Origin: a virus | Taxonomy: Duplodnaviria; Caudoviricetes | DNA: 64,000 nucleotides | Direction: 5' to 3' (one strand) | Virus record (IMG/VR): IMGVR_UViG_2919450847_000005 | Span: 1 to 64,000 of that record | In this document: piece by piece, positions 26,797 through 36,401 of the stretch | Numbering within the stretch: position 1 is the stretch's first letter | How the letters are laid out: each line of letters opens with the position of its first letter | The notes under the pieces: generated by a model | The model's database searches: none | The model's input: only the letters and a program-made list of their open reading frames with translations | Told to the model about the DNA's origin: nothing | Translations under genes and position numbers: made by a program

Positions 26797-28351
26797 TGCC
26801 GTCTCCGTTCTTGCCTCCCGGCTCCATCTGGAACTGGCCGTTGTTGGTGACCTTCCGTGGATCGGAATCGAGGATGACCTTGCTCGAGGTCTGGTCGACG
26901 GCGGTGTTCCACTCGTCGATTTCCTGCAGCACCTCCTTGGGATCCCGACCGGTTTTGCCGATGACCTCCTGCGGCGAGCGCTTGCCCATCCGCATCTCGA
27001 TGAGATCGGCGCGGGCATCGTCGAGGCGCGTGATGCTCTCGACTTCCGGCGGGTTCCACTCCACGCCGATCTTCCAGGCCCGAGGGATTTTCCCTGCGTC
27101 CTTTGCGGCGGCGATGAACCACTCCCAGACCTGCTGAAGCACCGGTGGGATCATGAAGTGCCACTGCACGGCGGACACGAAGGTCTGGTACTCGAGGAGA
27201 CCCAACTTGCCGGACGCGAAGTTCGCCTGGCTGAAGTCCCCCGTCAGCAGCTCGTAAGGCAGCAGCACGCCGGCGGCGATCGTGCGGTGCCGGGTCCTGA
27301 TGTAGGCCTCGATGCCGGCAGAGATGGCGGGCGTGTTGAACTTCACGTCCTTGCCGCCGCGCAGGATCGCAAACGACCCGGGCTCCATAGTTTCGAATGG
27401 GTTGCCCTGGAAGTCCTCGATCGGCGCACCCTTTTCCTTACCGTCGGCAGGGTCGAGGAGGCCGATGTTGGGATCGTCGGCGTTGTCGTCGGCGGGAATG
27501 ACCAAGCCAACGACGGCGGCCTCGGTCTTCTTGCGAATGTTCTCCGAAAGCTCGTAGTCAGCGAGGTTGTCGATGTCGTTCATCACCGGCGCCATCCAGG
27601 GCACGCCGTGCACCTGGTTGGTATCGGGGCGGTAGATGTGGGCGACGTCCGATGCGGGGATGAACTTGCTCGCCAGCGCCGTGCCGGTGCCCCAACCGAG
27701 GATGTCCTTCGGGTTCCGGGGGAACATCCAGTAGCCGGCTCGATTGCCGATCAGATCGAATTCGACGCCTTGCCGGATCTCATGGCCCGTGTCGGACGCC
27801 GTCGTCTTGCTCCAGTCGCAGTATTCGGAATCGAGGATCTGCAGCTGCAGCGGGACCGGCAATCCATCCGACGGGCGACGGCTGCGCTTGCGGAGGTACG
27901 CTTCGCCGTCCGTCACCATCATCCTGGTGAGCATGTACTGGGCGCCATAGAAATCCATGGCGCCGCCAGTTATGCACACCTTCGACCATTCATCGAAGAG
28001 CTCGTTGACCTTCTTGGCCTTATCCTTGGTCTTGCCGTCACCTTCGACTTTCGCCCGCGGCCTGATGCCGAAGCCGGTGATGTTGTTCGCGTGCGACGTT
28101 ACGATCTTTGCCGCGAGCGGATTATTGCGGACAAGATCGCGCGACCGGTCGCGAAGGCGCTGCCCTGCCTTTCCGATCTCAGCATCAGCGCCAGCCGATG
28201 AGCCGTGCCAGTATGCCGAGATGCGTCCGCGACCGGCAGCTTCGTATCTACGGGTGCCCTCGAGGAGGGCGATCCGTCGCCTGTTCGCTGCACGCTGTGC
28301 TCCGATTTTCGGGCTGAAGTAGCCGATCGCCTTATCCAGAAGGTTCGTCAT
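26780..28351 (-). CDS. Portal protein, lambda family
   Basis: RDRSRDL.RNN, GVEFD..G....YW, HI....R..Q..G.PW, Y..LTGD.S.AN..S motifs. Confidence 0.92.
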   Translation of the reverse strand: MTNLLDKAIGYFSPKIGAQRAANRRRIALLEGTRRYEAAGRGRISAYWHGSSAGADAEIGKAGQRLRDRSRDLVRNNPLAAKIVTSHANNITGFGIRPRAKVEGDGKTKDKAKKVNELFDEWSKVCITGGAMDFYGAQYMLTRMMVTDGEAYLRKRSRRPSDGLPVPLQLQILDSEYCDWSKTTASDTGHEIRQGVEFDLIGNRAGYWMFPRNPKDILGWGTGTALASKFIPASDVAHIYRPDTNQVHGVPWMAPVMNDIDNLADYELSENIRKKTEAAVVGLVIPADDNADDPNIGLLDPADGKEKGAPIEDFQGNPFETMEPGSFAILRGGKDVKFNTPAISAGIEAYIRTRHRTIAAGVLLPYELLTGDFSQANFASGKLGLLEYQTFVSAVQWHFMIPPVLQQVWEWFIAAAKDAGKIPRAWKIGVEWNPPEVESITRLDDARADLIEMRMGKRSPQEVIGKTGRDPKEVLQEIDEWNTAVDQTSSKVILDSDPRKVTNNGQFQMEPGGKNGDGNAGTQ

Positions 28352-28581
28352 CAGACGCCCCTCCGGAACGTGGTGAGTACGACCTGGGGCCGCTTCGGCT
28401 TGCCGGCGATCGCGGCCTCGAGGTCGGTGATGATCGCCTTCATCTCCTCGATCGACCGGTACGTGACGTCGCGCTCGCGGAACCGGACACGTGTGGCGCC
28501 GAGGTAGTAGGCCTCTGTGAGGTCTCGCAGCAGTTCGCGCTTATCGGCCGGCGATAGAACGTCGATGTCGATGCCGGGCAT
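28351..28581 (-). CDS. Head completion protein (lambda gpW-like)
   Basis: L.EAY..G...V....R.VTYRS..E...I..LE pattern; TAATG coupling to terminase. Confidence 0.82.
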   Translation of the reverse strand: MPGIDIDVLSPADKRELLRDLTEAYYLGATRVRFRERDVTYRSIEEMKAIITDLEAAIAGKPKRPQVVLTTFRRGV

Positions 28582-30659
28582 TACCAGAAGCTCTCTTTGC
28601 GGCCTCCCCAAAAGCTCGAGGACCGCCGCGCCCCCTGCCGGGGAGGCGAGGCTGGCGGAGTTCCGGATGGAGGCGGGACGTCGGGGGGCGGATCGGCGGC
28701 GGCCCGCCTAATCAGCGGCGGCCCGTCGCGCAGCTTGGAGAGGTTGAGCATCACGAGGGCCGCGCCCTGCATGGCCTCGCAGTCGAGGAAGTGGTTCTCT
28801 CTTGAGCGTCGAGCCCACTTTACCTTGCCGTTCGGAGCCACCGTGCGCGCTTCAGCGACGATCTGTCGGCAGTAGTCTTCCGTGATGTCCTTCGGAAGAT
28901 ACCAAGATCCCGGCGTGTTGTGCAGCCATCTCACCTTCTGCTGAACCCAAGATTTAAGATAATCTGGGTCCAGAAAGACGAGATCGATGCCTTTCTTTAT
29001 TTCCTTGCCATTGATCTTGATGTCGATCTTGCTCACGGAGATCGGCTTGCGCATTGGGCGCGACGAGCCCTTGGTGGCGCGTACCAGGTTGGGGAACCGA
29101 CGTGCGAAAGCATAGACCCGATGTTCGGGAACTATGTACGGCTTGCCGGGGCGGAAGCCTGAATCAACCAGCACCAGCTTGAGCGGCATGCCGCTATAGG
29201 CCTTCGGGTCGGTGATGATGTCGGCGAGTTGCGCCCAGACATCCTCGTCCTCTGGCGCGCCCATCAACTCCGCGGCGTCCACCAGCCAGGACGTTCCGAA
29301 CGCGCCCCATGCACGCACGGTGAAGACGAGACGATCCTTCTGCACGTCGACGGTCATGGTCAACACGCGGCTGCCCGCTGGGACAACCCCCATCTTGTAG
29401 CTGTCGATCGCGCAGTTCTGGACCTCCTTCCACTCCGGCACGTCCCCGCCGCCCGGCGCGTAAAGCTCTCCGAACCCCGCGTTCTTCGCGGTCTGGACGT
29501 CGCCCGGATTGCCGGATCGAACTGCCTCTACATACTCGGCGGCGCGCTGACCGAACGATACGAACGGCGAGCACAGGCCAGACGCCCAATAGCTGATCGT
29601 CCAACTCTCCGGCGGTAGGCCGTGCACGATACCGTCGGAGGTGACGCGCTGCCCCGGCGCCACGTAGACGCCGCGGCGGTTCATCTCCTCCTTGTGCGAC
29701 TCGAGGATGGGATCGGCGCACCCCTGCGGGCATTGGAGGTATGCGGTCTTGCCCGCCAGGACCGGGGTCGAGGGCCGTTCCTTTCCGTCCTTACCCTTCG
29801 GCTTTTCCCACTTCAGGCACTCGAACCGAGGGATGAAATACTCGGCGCAATGCGGGCAGGGCCAAGCCCAGTGATAGCGCGTTCCGCTGAGCCAGAGGCG
29901 CCAGATCGTCGATTGAACCTGCGCCTGCAGCTCTTCCTCATCCTCGGGGCAGGACCAGAAGTCGAGGCCGCTCTCTTCGTCCCTCTCCACCTCGGCAACC
30001 CCCTCGCTCGGCGTCGACGTGATGACGTGGACGAAGTCCGCATAGGTGTACCCTCGGGCGTCCACCGCCGCGACCGGGTTACCGAGACCCTTCAGCGTGG
30101 CCATCATCTCGTCGGCTTCGTCGGTGAGCGCTAAGCCGATCGAATCTGATTTCAGCTCGCCGCTGGATCCGCCATGGGCCATGCGCAGAGAGACGCCGCT
30201 TACAATGCGCGCGGTCTTCATCTGCATCCGACTTGGCGCCATCAAGCTAGCGAGGCTCGTGTTCTCGAGCAGGTCGTCCATGCGCGGGGATAGCCGCTTG
30301 CGGATGAAGCCTTCCGAAGGGGCGACCCACAAAATCGGCACCGGCGACGTGGCGAGGCGCGTGCCGGCGATGTCGAGCATCGTCTCGGTCTTGCCCATCT
30401 GCGCGCCGACCACCACGACGATGCGCCGATGCAGCCGGGAGTGCGCGGCCAGCGCCGGCGCGATCATGTAGGGGGTCTTGTAAGGATCGCGGGGCCCCGG
30501 CACGCCAGTCGAGGATTTATGAACGCGGTTCTCGGCCGCCCATTCAGGCGGCGTCTTCTGGGGCTTGGGCTGCCATAGCCGAATTGCCGACTCGTAGAGC
30601 TTGCTGGCGTTTTGCCGCGCGATCGGCCAATCGTAGTCGGCCCTTGTCGATGATGCCAT
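28581..30659 (-). CDS. Terminase large subunit (lambda GpA family)
   Basis: TPYM, AQMGKT Walker A, DEAD Walker B, STP coupling motif, WPCPHC.E, TVDVQKDR nuclease motif. Confidence 0.93.
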   Translation of the reverse strand: MASSTRADYDWPIARQNASKLYESAIRLWQPKPQKTPPEWAAENRVHKSSTGVPGPRDPYKTPYMIAPALAAHSRLHRRIVVVVGAQMGKTETMLDIAGTRLATSPVPILWVAPSEGFIRKRLSPRMDDLLENTSLASLMAPSRMQMKTARIVSGVSLRMAHGGSSGELKSDSIGLALTDEADEMMATLKGLGNPVAAVDARGYTYADFVHVITSTPSEGVAEVERDEESGLDFWSCPEDEEELQAQVQSTIWRLWLSGTRYHWAWPCPHCAEYFIPRFECLKWEKPKGKDGKERPSTPVLAGKTAYLQCPQGCADPILESHKEEMNRRGVYVAPGQRVTSDGIVHGLPPESWTISYWASGLCSPFVSFGQRAAEYVEAVRSGNPGDVQTAKNAGFGELYAPGGGDVPEWKEVQNCAIDSYKMGVVPAGSRVLTMTVDVQKDRLVFTVRAWGAFGTSWLVDAAELMGAPEDEDVWAQLADIITDPKAYSGMPLKLVLVDSGFRPGKPYIVPEHRVYAFARRFPNLVRATKGSSRPMRKPISVSKIDIKINGKEIKKGIDLVFLDPDYLKSWVQQKVRWLHNTPGSWYLPKDITEDYCRQIVAEARTVAPNGKVKWARRSRENHFLDCEAMQGAALVMLNLSKLRDGPPLIRRAAADPPPDVPPPSGTPPASPPRQGARRSSSFWGGRKESFW

Positions 30660-31077
30660 TGAGCCGCTGCCTCTCCGCCGGGGTGCTCGAAATCTCGGCC
30701 GGCAGACCTTGAAGCCATGTGATGAAATCGGCGATCAGCCCCTGCGTGACGGCATCCGCAAGATCGAGGGGGATGAGCTCGCCTTCCTTCTGCAAACGCT
30801 TCATTCGAAAATCGAGCGCGCGTTCTGTGTGCCAGTCATCGACAGACCCGGTGGCGACCTTCTTCTCAGCGCTGGCGCGAAGGAACTCGCAATAGGCGGC
30901 CGTCGCCATATCCGGGTCGAACTGACCACGGCCGATTGCTGGGATCGTTCCTTCTTTCACGAGCTGTTGCAGCCACCGCGTCTTGATGCCGAGATGCTTC
31001 GCCATGCCCTGAGAACTCAGGCTGATGCCACTCAGATCGTCGCGGCGCACGTCCGCCGGCTTCCGCTTGGTGACCAT
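30544..31077 (-). CDS. Terminase small subunit (Nu1-like)
   Basis: Winged HTH (AKHLGIKTRWLQQL..EG.IP), overlaps the large subunit start. Confidence 0.8.
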   Translation of the reverse strand: MVTKRKPADVRRDDLSGISLSSQGMAKHLGIKTRWLQQLVKEGTIPAIGRGQFDPDMATAAYCEFLRASAEKKVATGSVDDWHTERALDFRMKRLQKEGELIPLDLADAVTQGLIADFITWLQGLPAEISSTPAERQRLNGIIDKGRLRLADRAAKRQQALRVGNSAMAAQAPEDAA

Positions 31078-31763
31078 CAGAACCTCATCAGCTTGGTCAG
31101 TCGCTTTTCGACGGATTGCAGCAGGAATACCGGCCCCTCCCTCATGAAGATCTCGAGGGATTCATCCTCGGGAATTTCCTTCATGAGCGACGGACCGAAC
31201 AGCCGGCGGACCTTGCCGTACTGGACGTTCGTCGACGCGAAGCGGCCATTGGCGCCGCGCGGCTGGTTCTCCTTCAGCCCGTAGGTCCAGAGGATTTTCG
31301 GTGCCTGGCTGGTCGTGCCAGCTTCTGGTGGCCGGAACGCATAGAACCCGCTGTCAGTCGCGAACGACCGCTTGAACACACGCGGGTTGTTCCACACGCT
31401 CGACCTGACTGTGCCGCGTTCGATGCCGCGGCGGCCCAGGTTCATGCGGTTCGATCGCGCCACGGCACGCAGGCCGCGGTACTCTTCGATGTCCGTTCCA
31501 CCCTTCACGCCGAAGATGTCGAAGGCGAGCAGTTCCCGGCGCGGGATGCCCCGCGTCCCGGCCACCACGTAGCTCTGGTAGTTGCCCGACCGCAGCGCCA
31601 TCTGGTGCGCCACGGCCTTCTGCACTCGGGTCTTGATCTTGCGGCCGGCATCCACCACGCCGCGATGCAGCTCAGTGCGCGCTCGCTCACTCGCCAGGAT
31701 CTCCGCCATCCCGGCGAAGCGGCCAATCAGCTGCAGATCCTTCCCGCTTTTCACGATGCGCAT
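31077..31763 (-). CDS. Hypothetical virion-associated protein (gpZ-like basic protein)
   Basis: 228-aa basic ORF coupled to terS; RLFGPSL motif. Confidence 0.6.
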   Translation of the reverse strand: MRIVKSGKDLQLIGRFAGMAEILASERARTELHRGVVDAGRKIKTRVQKAVAHQMALRSGNYQSYVVAGTRGIPRRELLAFDIFGVKGGTDIEEYRGLRAVARSNRMNLGRRGIERGTVRSSVWNNPRVFKRSFATDSGFYAFRPPEAGTTSQAPKILWTYGLKENQPRGANGRFASTNVQYGKVRRLFGPSLMKEIPEDESLEIFMREGPVFLLQSVEKRLTKLMRF

Positions 31764-31943
31764 AATGCGGGGCCCTCAACCTATTGGTGCTGTATCCCCG
31801 GGGGTCGAGGGCATTTCGCCATTCGGATTGCAACCTGAGATCGGCGACGTCGACCTCATCAAGCGAGGAAAGGCGCCCTGGAATACGAATCCGCAGCGCA
31901 AAATCAAAAGCCCCTCAAAGGGGCGGATATCGCGCTGCCGCGC

Positions 31944-31978
31944 ACCCGCGGAGGCCGGCCCCACCCCCCGAAGAACCT
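31944..31978 (-). other. Candidate cos site (cosQ/cosN-like)
   Basis: Minus strand reads AGGTTCTTC-GGGGGGT-GGGGCCGGCCTCCGCGGGT, resembling lambda cosQ GGGTCCT and cosN GGGGCGGCGACCTCGCGGGT, upstream of terS. Confidence 0.45.
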
Positions 31979-32643
31979 AACCCCGGGGGAGGGTTCCAAC
32001 CCATTGGCAATGCTAGGCTTTATGCCGCGGAGGGCGCAGCGGCCGGAGGAGGGCAGGCGAGGGCAAACCCCTTGAAGCGCAAGGCTTTGGTGCCTGTAGC
32101 GTGGTGTGCCGCCGTGGTGCATCCCCCAAGGGTAGGGTGGCACGGGGCATGCTACGTGCGACGCGCACGGCTTTGCCGAATAGGCGCGGGCAGGGCATGG
32201 GGCTGGCGCTGTCGTCGCGGGGGGTGCGGGTGGCGTTCGCCGTGCCGGGGATCGCAGATCACTGCGAATCAGTTCCGACAGGCACACTGCGACCGTTCGG
32301 CGTCGGATATGACTCGCGGCGGGTGTGACACGCAAATGCAGCGTCGCGCGCTCCCCTGTCTCCTCCGCTTCGCTCTCCCTGTCCCTTCCCTGTCTTCTCC
32401 TCCCTTGAGGGTGGCTATGGGGCGGGGTTGCGACGGCGTATCGGCGGCGCAATGCGCACCTGGTGCGCGGGGTAAGGGGCTTGGTCGCCGGAGTGGCGCG
32501 AATCAGCCGGGTTTTTCTGCGTCTGTGCCTCGCAACCCGTTGATATTTCGAAGAAAGTTTTGCGCGGAGCGATCTGAAAAACTGGCAAAAACGGGCAAGT
32601 TTTCATGAGCTCCGGATTTTCGAAATCCTTATTTTTCAACGAC

Positions 32644-32696
32644 TTACACATTTCATACGAAACGGCTTTGCATATCGTACAAAACGTACGAATATT
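32644..32696 (+). promoter_or_regulatory. Promoter with repressor operators at the head of the accessory operon
   Basis: Perfect TCGTAC-AAAAC-GTACGA at 32675-32691 inside TTGCAT-N17-AATATT; weaker site TTACAC-ATTTC-ATACGA at 32644-32660. Confidence 0.7.
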
Positions 32697-32712
32697 CACT
32701 TGCCGACGCGGT

Positions 32713-32761
32713 GAGCCGCAGAGGCAGCCGGGCCGAAAGGCACCCGGCGGCTCTTTGAAAA
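32713..32761 (+). promoter_or_regulatory. boxB-like GAAA hairpin followed by boxA-like sequence
   Basis: GAGCCGC...GCC-GAAA-GGC...GCGGCTC hairpin, then GCTCTTTGAAAA at 32750-32761. Confidence 0.5.
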
Positions 32762-33236
32762 TCAGGCATCTGCTCTTGCCTTCCTGCCGGAAGGTGTACC
32801 GGGAACGTGGTTGCTTAGGCGACGTGGTTTCTGGCGATTGGACGGCAGGCGGGAGCGACAAGGGACGATGACGCAATAGGGGTGCATCCGTGTCGGCCGT
32901 GACGGGCTGGCCAGTGTACGGGCTTTGCAAGGGGGCTGCTTAGAACTGACCTTGCCGTGTGGATAGCGGGAGACCGTGCCAATCTGCACCATAGCCAGCG
33001 GGAACGCTGGTTTGAGCGAGCTGCGGCATGCGGCGAGGCTTAGGAACCGGTCAACAAGCGGCCGGCGGGGCGGAGGGTCTAACCGCCGAAACAACCGAGA
33101 CACAAACCCAATTCGTTGGAAGCCGGTGCGGTATGTGCTGCACCGGCTTTCAGCATTTCAGCGTCAAAGCGATGACGTCGCTTTGGCGGTGCAATGCACC
33201 TTCCCCCGCCGCTCATGGCACAAATGGAGACCTCTC

Positions 33237-33785
33237 ATGACCAAGTTCACGATCCTGACCGGCGCCGCTATCGGCAAGGCCATCGCTGGTTTCGGCAAGG
33301 CAATCGAGACGTTCAAGGCGCGTGAGCATCAGCTGGCGTTCTCGGCGCTTAACCACGTCGACATGCACAATGATCCCAAATATCTCAATGCCCTCTACGC
33401 GGCGACGCCGGCCAACTATCGCGGCGGCCTGCGCCTCTGGGCGACGCATTTCGGCGCCGTGAAGTTCGACGAAAAGGCGGAGTCGGGCCCGTTCGTCTAC
33501 GCCAAGGGCAAGACGGCGGACATGGAAGGCGCGATGAACACGGCGCCGGCGGACTTCGTGAAGTCGCAGAAGGGCGACGCGGCAGACAAGGCGTTCGACA
33601 TGGTCGTAGAGCTGGAGCGGCTGCTGAAGCGAGCTGGCGACAAGGGCGCCGGCCTGCGCGAGCTCAACGCGGTCAAGCTGGCGATTTCCAGCCTCAAGGG
33701 CGCCGAGATCGTCAGTGCCAAGCCGGCGCCGATCGTGAAGAAGGCCAAGCCGGCGGCCGTGGCCGAGGTGCAGGCCGCCGCCTGA
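33237..33785 (+). CDS. Hypothetical phage protein, first gene of the accessory operon
   Basis: MTKFT start after GGAGACC; biased codon use. Confidence 0.8.
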   Translation: MTKFTILTGAAIGKAIAGFGKAIETFKAREHQLAFSALNHVDMHNDPKYLNALYAATPANYRGGLRLWATHFGAVKFDEKAESGPFVYAKGKTADMEGAMNTAPADFVKSQKGDAADKAFDMVVELERLLKRAGDKGAGLRELNAVKLAISSLKGAEIVSAKPAPIVKKAKPAAVAEVQAAA

Positions 33786-33924
33786 CTGTCCTCGCCCTTC
33801 GCGGTAATTCAGGGGGGGCGGCGCTAATGCCGCCCCTGTCTGCCGTGTCCCTACGTGAGCGCGCCTTCTACGCGCTGACGCGGCGACATGCCGATCCCGC
33901 AATCATGCGACAATGGAGACTTCT

Positions 33925-34284
33925 ATGCGCCGCCCGACGCCCGTATTGCGTCCGCACTATCGCACGCCGTTCATCAGCCGGGAGGGCGCCCGCGCGCTCA
34001 TTGCTGCCGCGGTGCTTTCGTTCACGGGTGCGGCCATCCCCGTCGCGCTGATCTTGAACGACATGCCGCAGATGCCGCTGGTGCAGCGCATCGCGTCGGC
34101 TCGCGCGGATGTGCTCGCCCGTCCGTGTTTCACCGACACGGACTGCCGGCGCCGCATCGCTGCGCACGGCGTGGATCCCGTCTACTATGAGGGGCCCGAC
34201 GAGTGGCTGGAGTCCGGCTGCCTCGCGAAGCGTGATCGGACCGCGTGCGCCTATCTGGCGGCTTGGCGGCAGATCGAACCGTGA
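33925..34284 (+). CDS. Hypothetical membrane or exported protein
   Basis: GGAGAC RBS; TM ALIAAAVLSFTGAAIPVALIL; four Cys. Confidence 0.6.
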   Translation: MRRPTPVLRPHYRTPFISREGARALIAAAVLSFTGAAIPVALILNDMPQMPLVQRIASARADVLARPCFTDTDCRRRIAAHGVDPVYYEGPDEWLESGCLAKRDRTACAYLAAWRQIEP

Positions 34285-34505
34285 GCCAAGTTCACAATGA
34301 GCGCACCAAGCTGACAGCCAATGCGCTCGACCGGGCCTCTACCGCCTGCCTGACGGTCGGGGTACTTGGGCCCGGCGCCGCCGCGCTCTACGGCGTGGGC
34401 GGAGCGTCGGCCGGCGGGTGGATCGTCGCCGGCGCCCTGCTTTGGCTGTCCGCCGCTGCGGTGCTACACTCCATGGCACGCCGCACCCTCGGGAGCCTCA
34501 GATGA
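34281..34505 (+). CDS. Small two-TM membrane protein
   Basis: GTGA-coupled; HNERTKLTANALDRAS then two hydrophobic helices. Confidence 0.7.
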   Translation: MSQVHNERTKLTANALDRASTACLTVGVLGPGAAALYGVGGASAGGWIVAGALLWLSAAAVLHSMARRTLGSLR

Positions 34506-34615
34506 CCGGCCTTTGGATCTTCGCCTTCGTGGTGCTGCCCATCGTCGTCGTCGCCATGGGCTATGCCGCCATGCGCCTCAACGAGCGCAACATCGGCCTT
34601 CCCGCCGGCGAATAG
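34502..34615 (+). CDS. 37-aa single-TM peptide
   Basis: ATGA-coupled MTGLWIFAFVVLPIVVVAMGYAAMRL. Confidence 0.6.
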   Translation: MTGLWIFAFVVLPIVVVAMGYAAMRLNERNIGLPAGE

Positions 34616-34641
34616 CCGCAGCACCAGCACCATTCGCACAG

Positions 34642-34672
34642 GGCCGCCCGCTCTCGGGCGGCCTTTTGCTTT
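34642..34672 (+). terminator. Rho-independent terminator
   Basis: GGCCGCCCG-ctct-CGGGCGGCC followed by TTTTGCTTT. Confidence 0.75.
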
Positions 34673-34857
34673 CCCACGCCCGGGCTCTTCTGCGCCGCCG
34701 GCTGTAGGCGGGCATGAGACCGTGCGCAGCATAGGAGACTGCCATGCGCCGGGCCTGAAAGCCGGCTCCAGCACCATCGGCGGGAGATCAGCGCGCCCGT
34801 CCCGCCCGTGAAACCGGACGCGCACCCCTGCAATCATGCACCCCCACGGAGACCCCC

Positions 34858-35109
34858 ATGTTGCGCTACCTGCGCATGACGTGGATCGTTGTGCGGTTCT
34901 CGCTCAACGTCCGCGCCTCCTTCGCCGACTTTGTCGAACTGCACGCCCTCTGCACGTTGGTCGTCGCCAGAGCCCAAACCCCGACCGGGCCCATGCTCCT
35001 TGGCCAGGCTCGCGCCAAGGTGCGCCGCATGCGCATCGCTCGCGCGCTTTCCCGTGCCCGGCGGGAAGCGCCCCGCGGCTGGTACACGCCGCCGCCGCAC
35101 GTCGCCTGA
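34858..35109 (+). CDS. Small hypothetical protein
   Basis: GGAGACC RBS, 83 aa. Confidence 0.5.
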   Translation: MLRYLRMTWIVVRFSLNVRASFADFVELHALCTLVVARAQTPTGPMLLGQARAKVRRMRIARALSRARREAPRGWYTPPPHVA

Positions 35110-35120
35110 CGGAGGCGGTC

Positions 35121-35351
35121 ATGAAGAGTCGCGACCGCCGAAAATGGCTGGAAATGCGCGCCGAGACGCTGGGCGATATCCGGTTCTGGCAGAATCAGCA
35201 CCACCAGTCCTACGCGCTCGCCGTCTCAAGCATGGCCCTTAAGCGATACGGCCAAGCCGCCACCGCACAGCGCCGCCAAGCCTGCGCGCACACCAAAATG
35301 TCGGGCGCCCTCCGGCACCTCGCCGAGATCAACGACGCGCTCGGGCTGTAG
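35121..35351 (+). CDS. Small hypothetical protein
   Basis: GGAGG RBS before MKSRD. Confidence 0.6.
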   Translation: MKSRDRRKWLEMRAETLGDIRFWQNQHHQSYALAVSSMALKRYGQAATAQRRQACAHTKMSGALRHLAEINDALGL

Positions 35352-35440
35352 CTCCTGCTGCACCTGCGCGCTTTCTCACGACCTGCACTTTCTTCGACGA
35401 CCAGCACCCCGGCGAACATGCCTCCAGGAGACCAGCCCCC

Positions 35441-35632
35441 ATGAAACCCGCCATCCCCTACGTCTATCGCGTCAGCCGCCGTCAGCGCGCCCGCCGCAAC
35501 CGGTGGACGCTGTCTGTCATCCCTCCGCATGGCCAGCCCGACATCCTCGCCCGTTACGGCTCCCGCCGGCAGGCGGTCGAGGCCGCCGATATTCTCGCCT
35601 CATGCGGCGGGATGGTTGAGGTGCGGTCATGA
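35441..35632 (+). CDS. Small hypothetical protein
   Basis: GGAGACC RBS, 63 aa, ATGA-coupled to the next gene. Confidence 0.6.
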   Translation: MKPAIPYVYRVSRRQRARRNRWTLSVIPPHGQPDILARYGSRRQAVEAADILASCGGMVEVRS

Positions 35633-35913
35633 TCAAGAACGCTCTGCACACGCCTCTGCGGCTCTCGGACCGCCGATCGGATGTGGTCACCAATGCATTC
35701 GGCGTCGACATCGCGCAGTGCATGTCGGTCGACCATGCTTTGCCGCTGATCCATGCCGCAAACTGCCATGACGACATGCTGGCGGCGCTGATCGGCCTCG
35801 TTGGTAACGGGTTCACTGACGAAGAGCTGGCGCGACGTTGGTCGTGGCGCATTGAGGATATCCGCACGGCCCGCGCCGCCATCGCCAAGGCGGAGGGCCG
35901 GGCCGATGGCTGA
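35629..35913 (+). CDS. Small hypothetical protein
   Basis: Coupled ORF, 94 aa. Confidence 0.65.
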   Translation: MIKNALHTPLRLSDRRSDVVTNAFGVDIAQCMSVDHALPLIHAANCHDDMLAALIGLVGNGFTDEELARRWSWRIEDIRTARAAIAKAEGRADG

Positions 35914-36160
35914 GGCATCCGGCTTCTGCACCTGGCTCGCCGCCCGCCATGGCACCCGCTGGTGCGTGGCGCAGCGCCTCACCGACCGCCTGCGTCGGCA
36001 GGGCTATGACCTCGCCCTGTCCCCGAAGAAGTATGCCGCGCTCGAGGCGGAATACGAGCGCCTGACCGGCGAGCAGGCCCGCCAGATCGCCGCCGACTAT
36101 GAACGCCGCTACGGCGCGCCGCTCGCCGCCATGCTGAACGGGGGCTACACCAATGGCTAA
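35906..36160 (+). CDS. Small hypothetical protein
   Basis: GGAGGG RBS before MAEAS; overlaps neighbours by 8 nt. Confidence 0.6.
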   Translation: MAEASGFCTWLAARHGTRWCVAQRLTDRLRRQGYDLALSPKKYAALEAEYERLTGEQARQIAADYERRYGAPLAAMLNGGYTNG

Positions 36161-36401
36161 GGGGAAAATCGTCTACCAGAAGTCCGTCGCGGTCGAGCCG
36201 AACGAGTCGATCACGGCCTACTGGTTCAAGCACTACCTGAACCCCGGCGTCGGCTTGTGCGGCCTGTGCGGGAACTCCGGCACGATCGACACCACGGCAA
36301 CGGCGATCAGCGCCGCAGGGGTCCGCGCCGGCGGCCGGTTCCTCTGCATCTGTCCGAACGGGCAGGCTTTGCGCAATGCTGGAGAGCACCTCGATGCCTG
36401 A
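36153..36401 (+). CDS. Small Cys-rich (zinc-finger-like) protein
   Basis: CGLCGNSG...CICPNG. Confidence 0.65.
   Translation: MAKGKIVYQKSVAVEPNESITAYWFKHYLNPGVGLCGLCGNSGTIDTTATAISAAGVRAGGRFLCICPNGQALRNAGEHLDA

Noticed and set aside
32530-32650. AT-rich stretch (CAACCCGTTGATATTT, TTATTTTTCAACGACTTA) as a dif or att site
   Set aside because: No second copy or matching XerC/XerD arms were found, and no recombinase is in the window; divergent promoter DNA explains it.
31784-33103. ORFs of 60-270 aa in the gap between late and accessory operons
   Set aside because: They are Arg/Gly/Pro-rich, overlap each other and lack an RBS; the region is better explained by cos, promoters and structured RNA.
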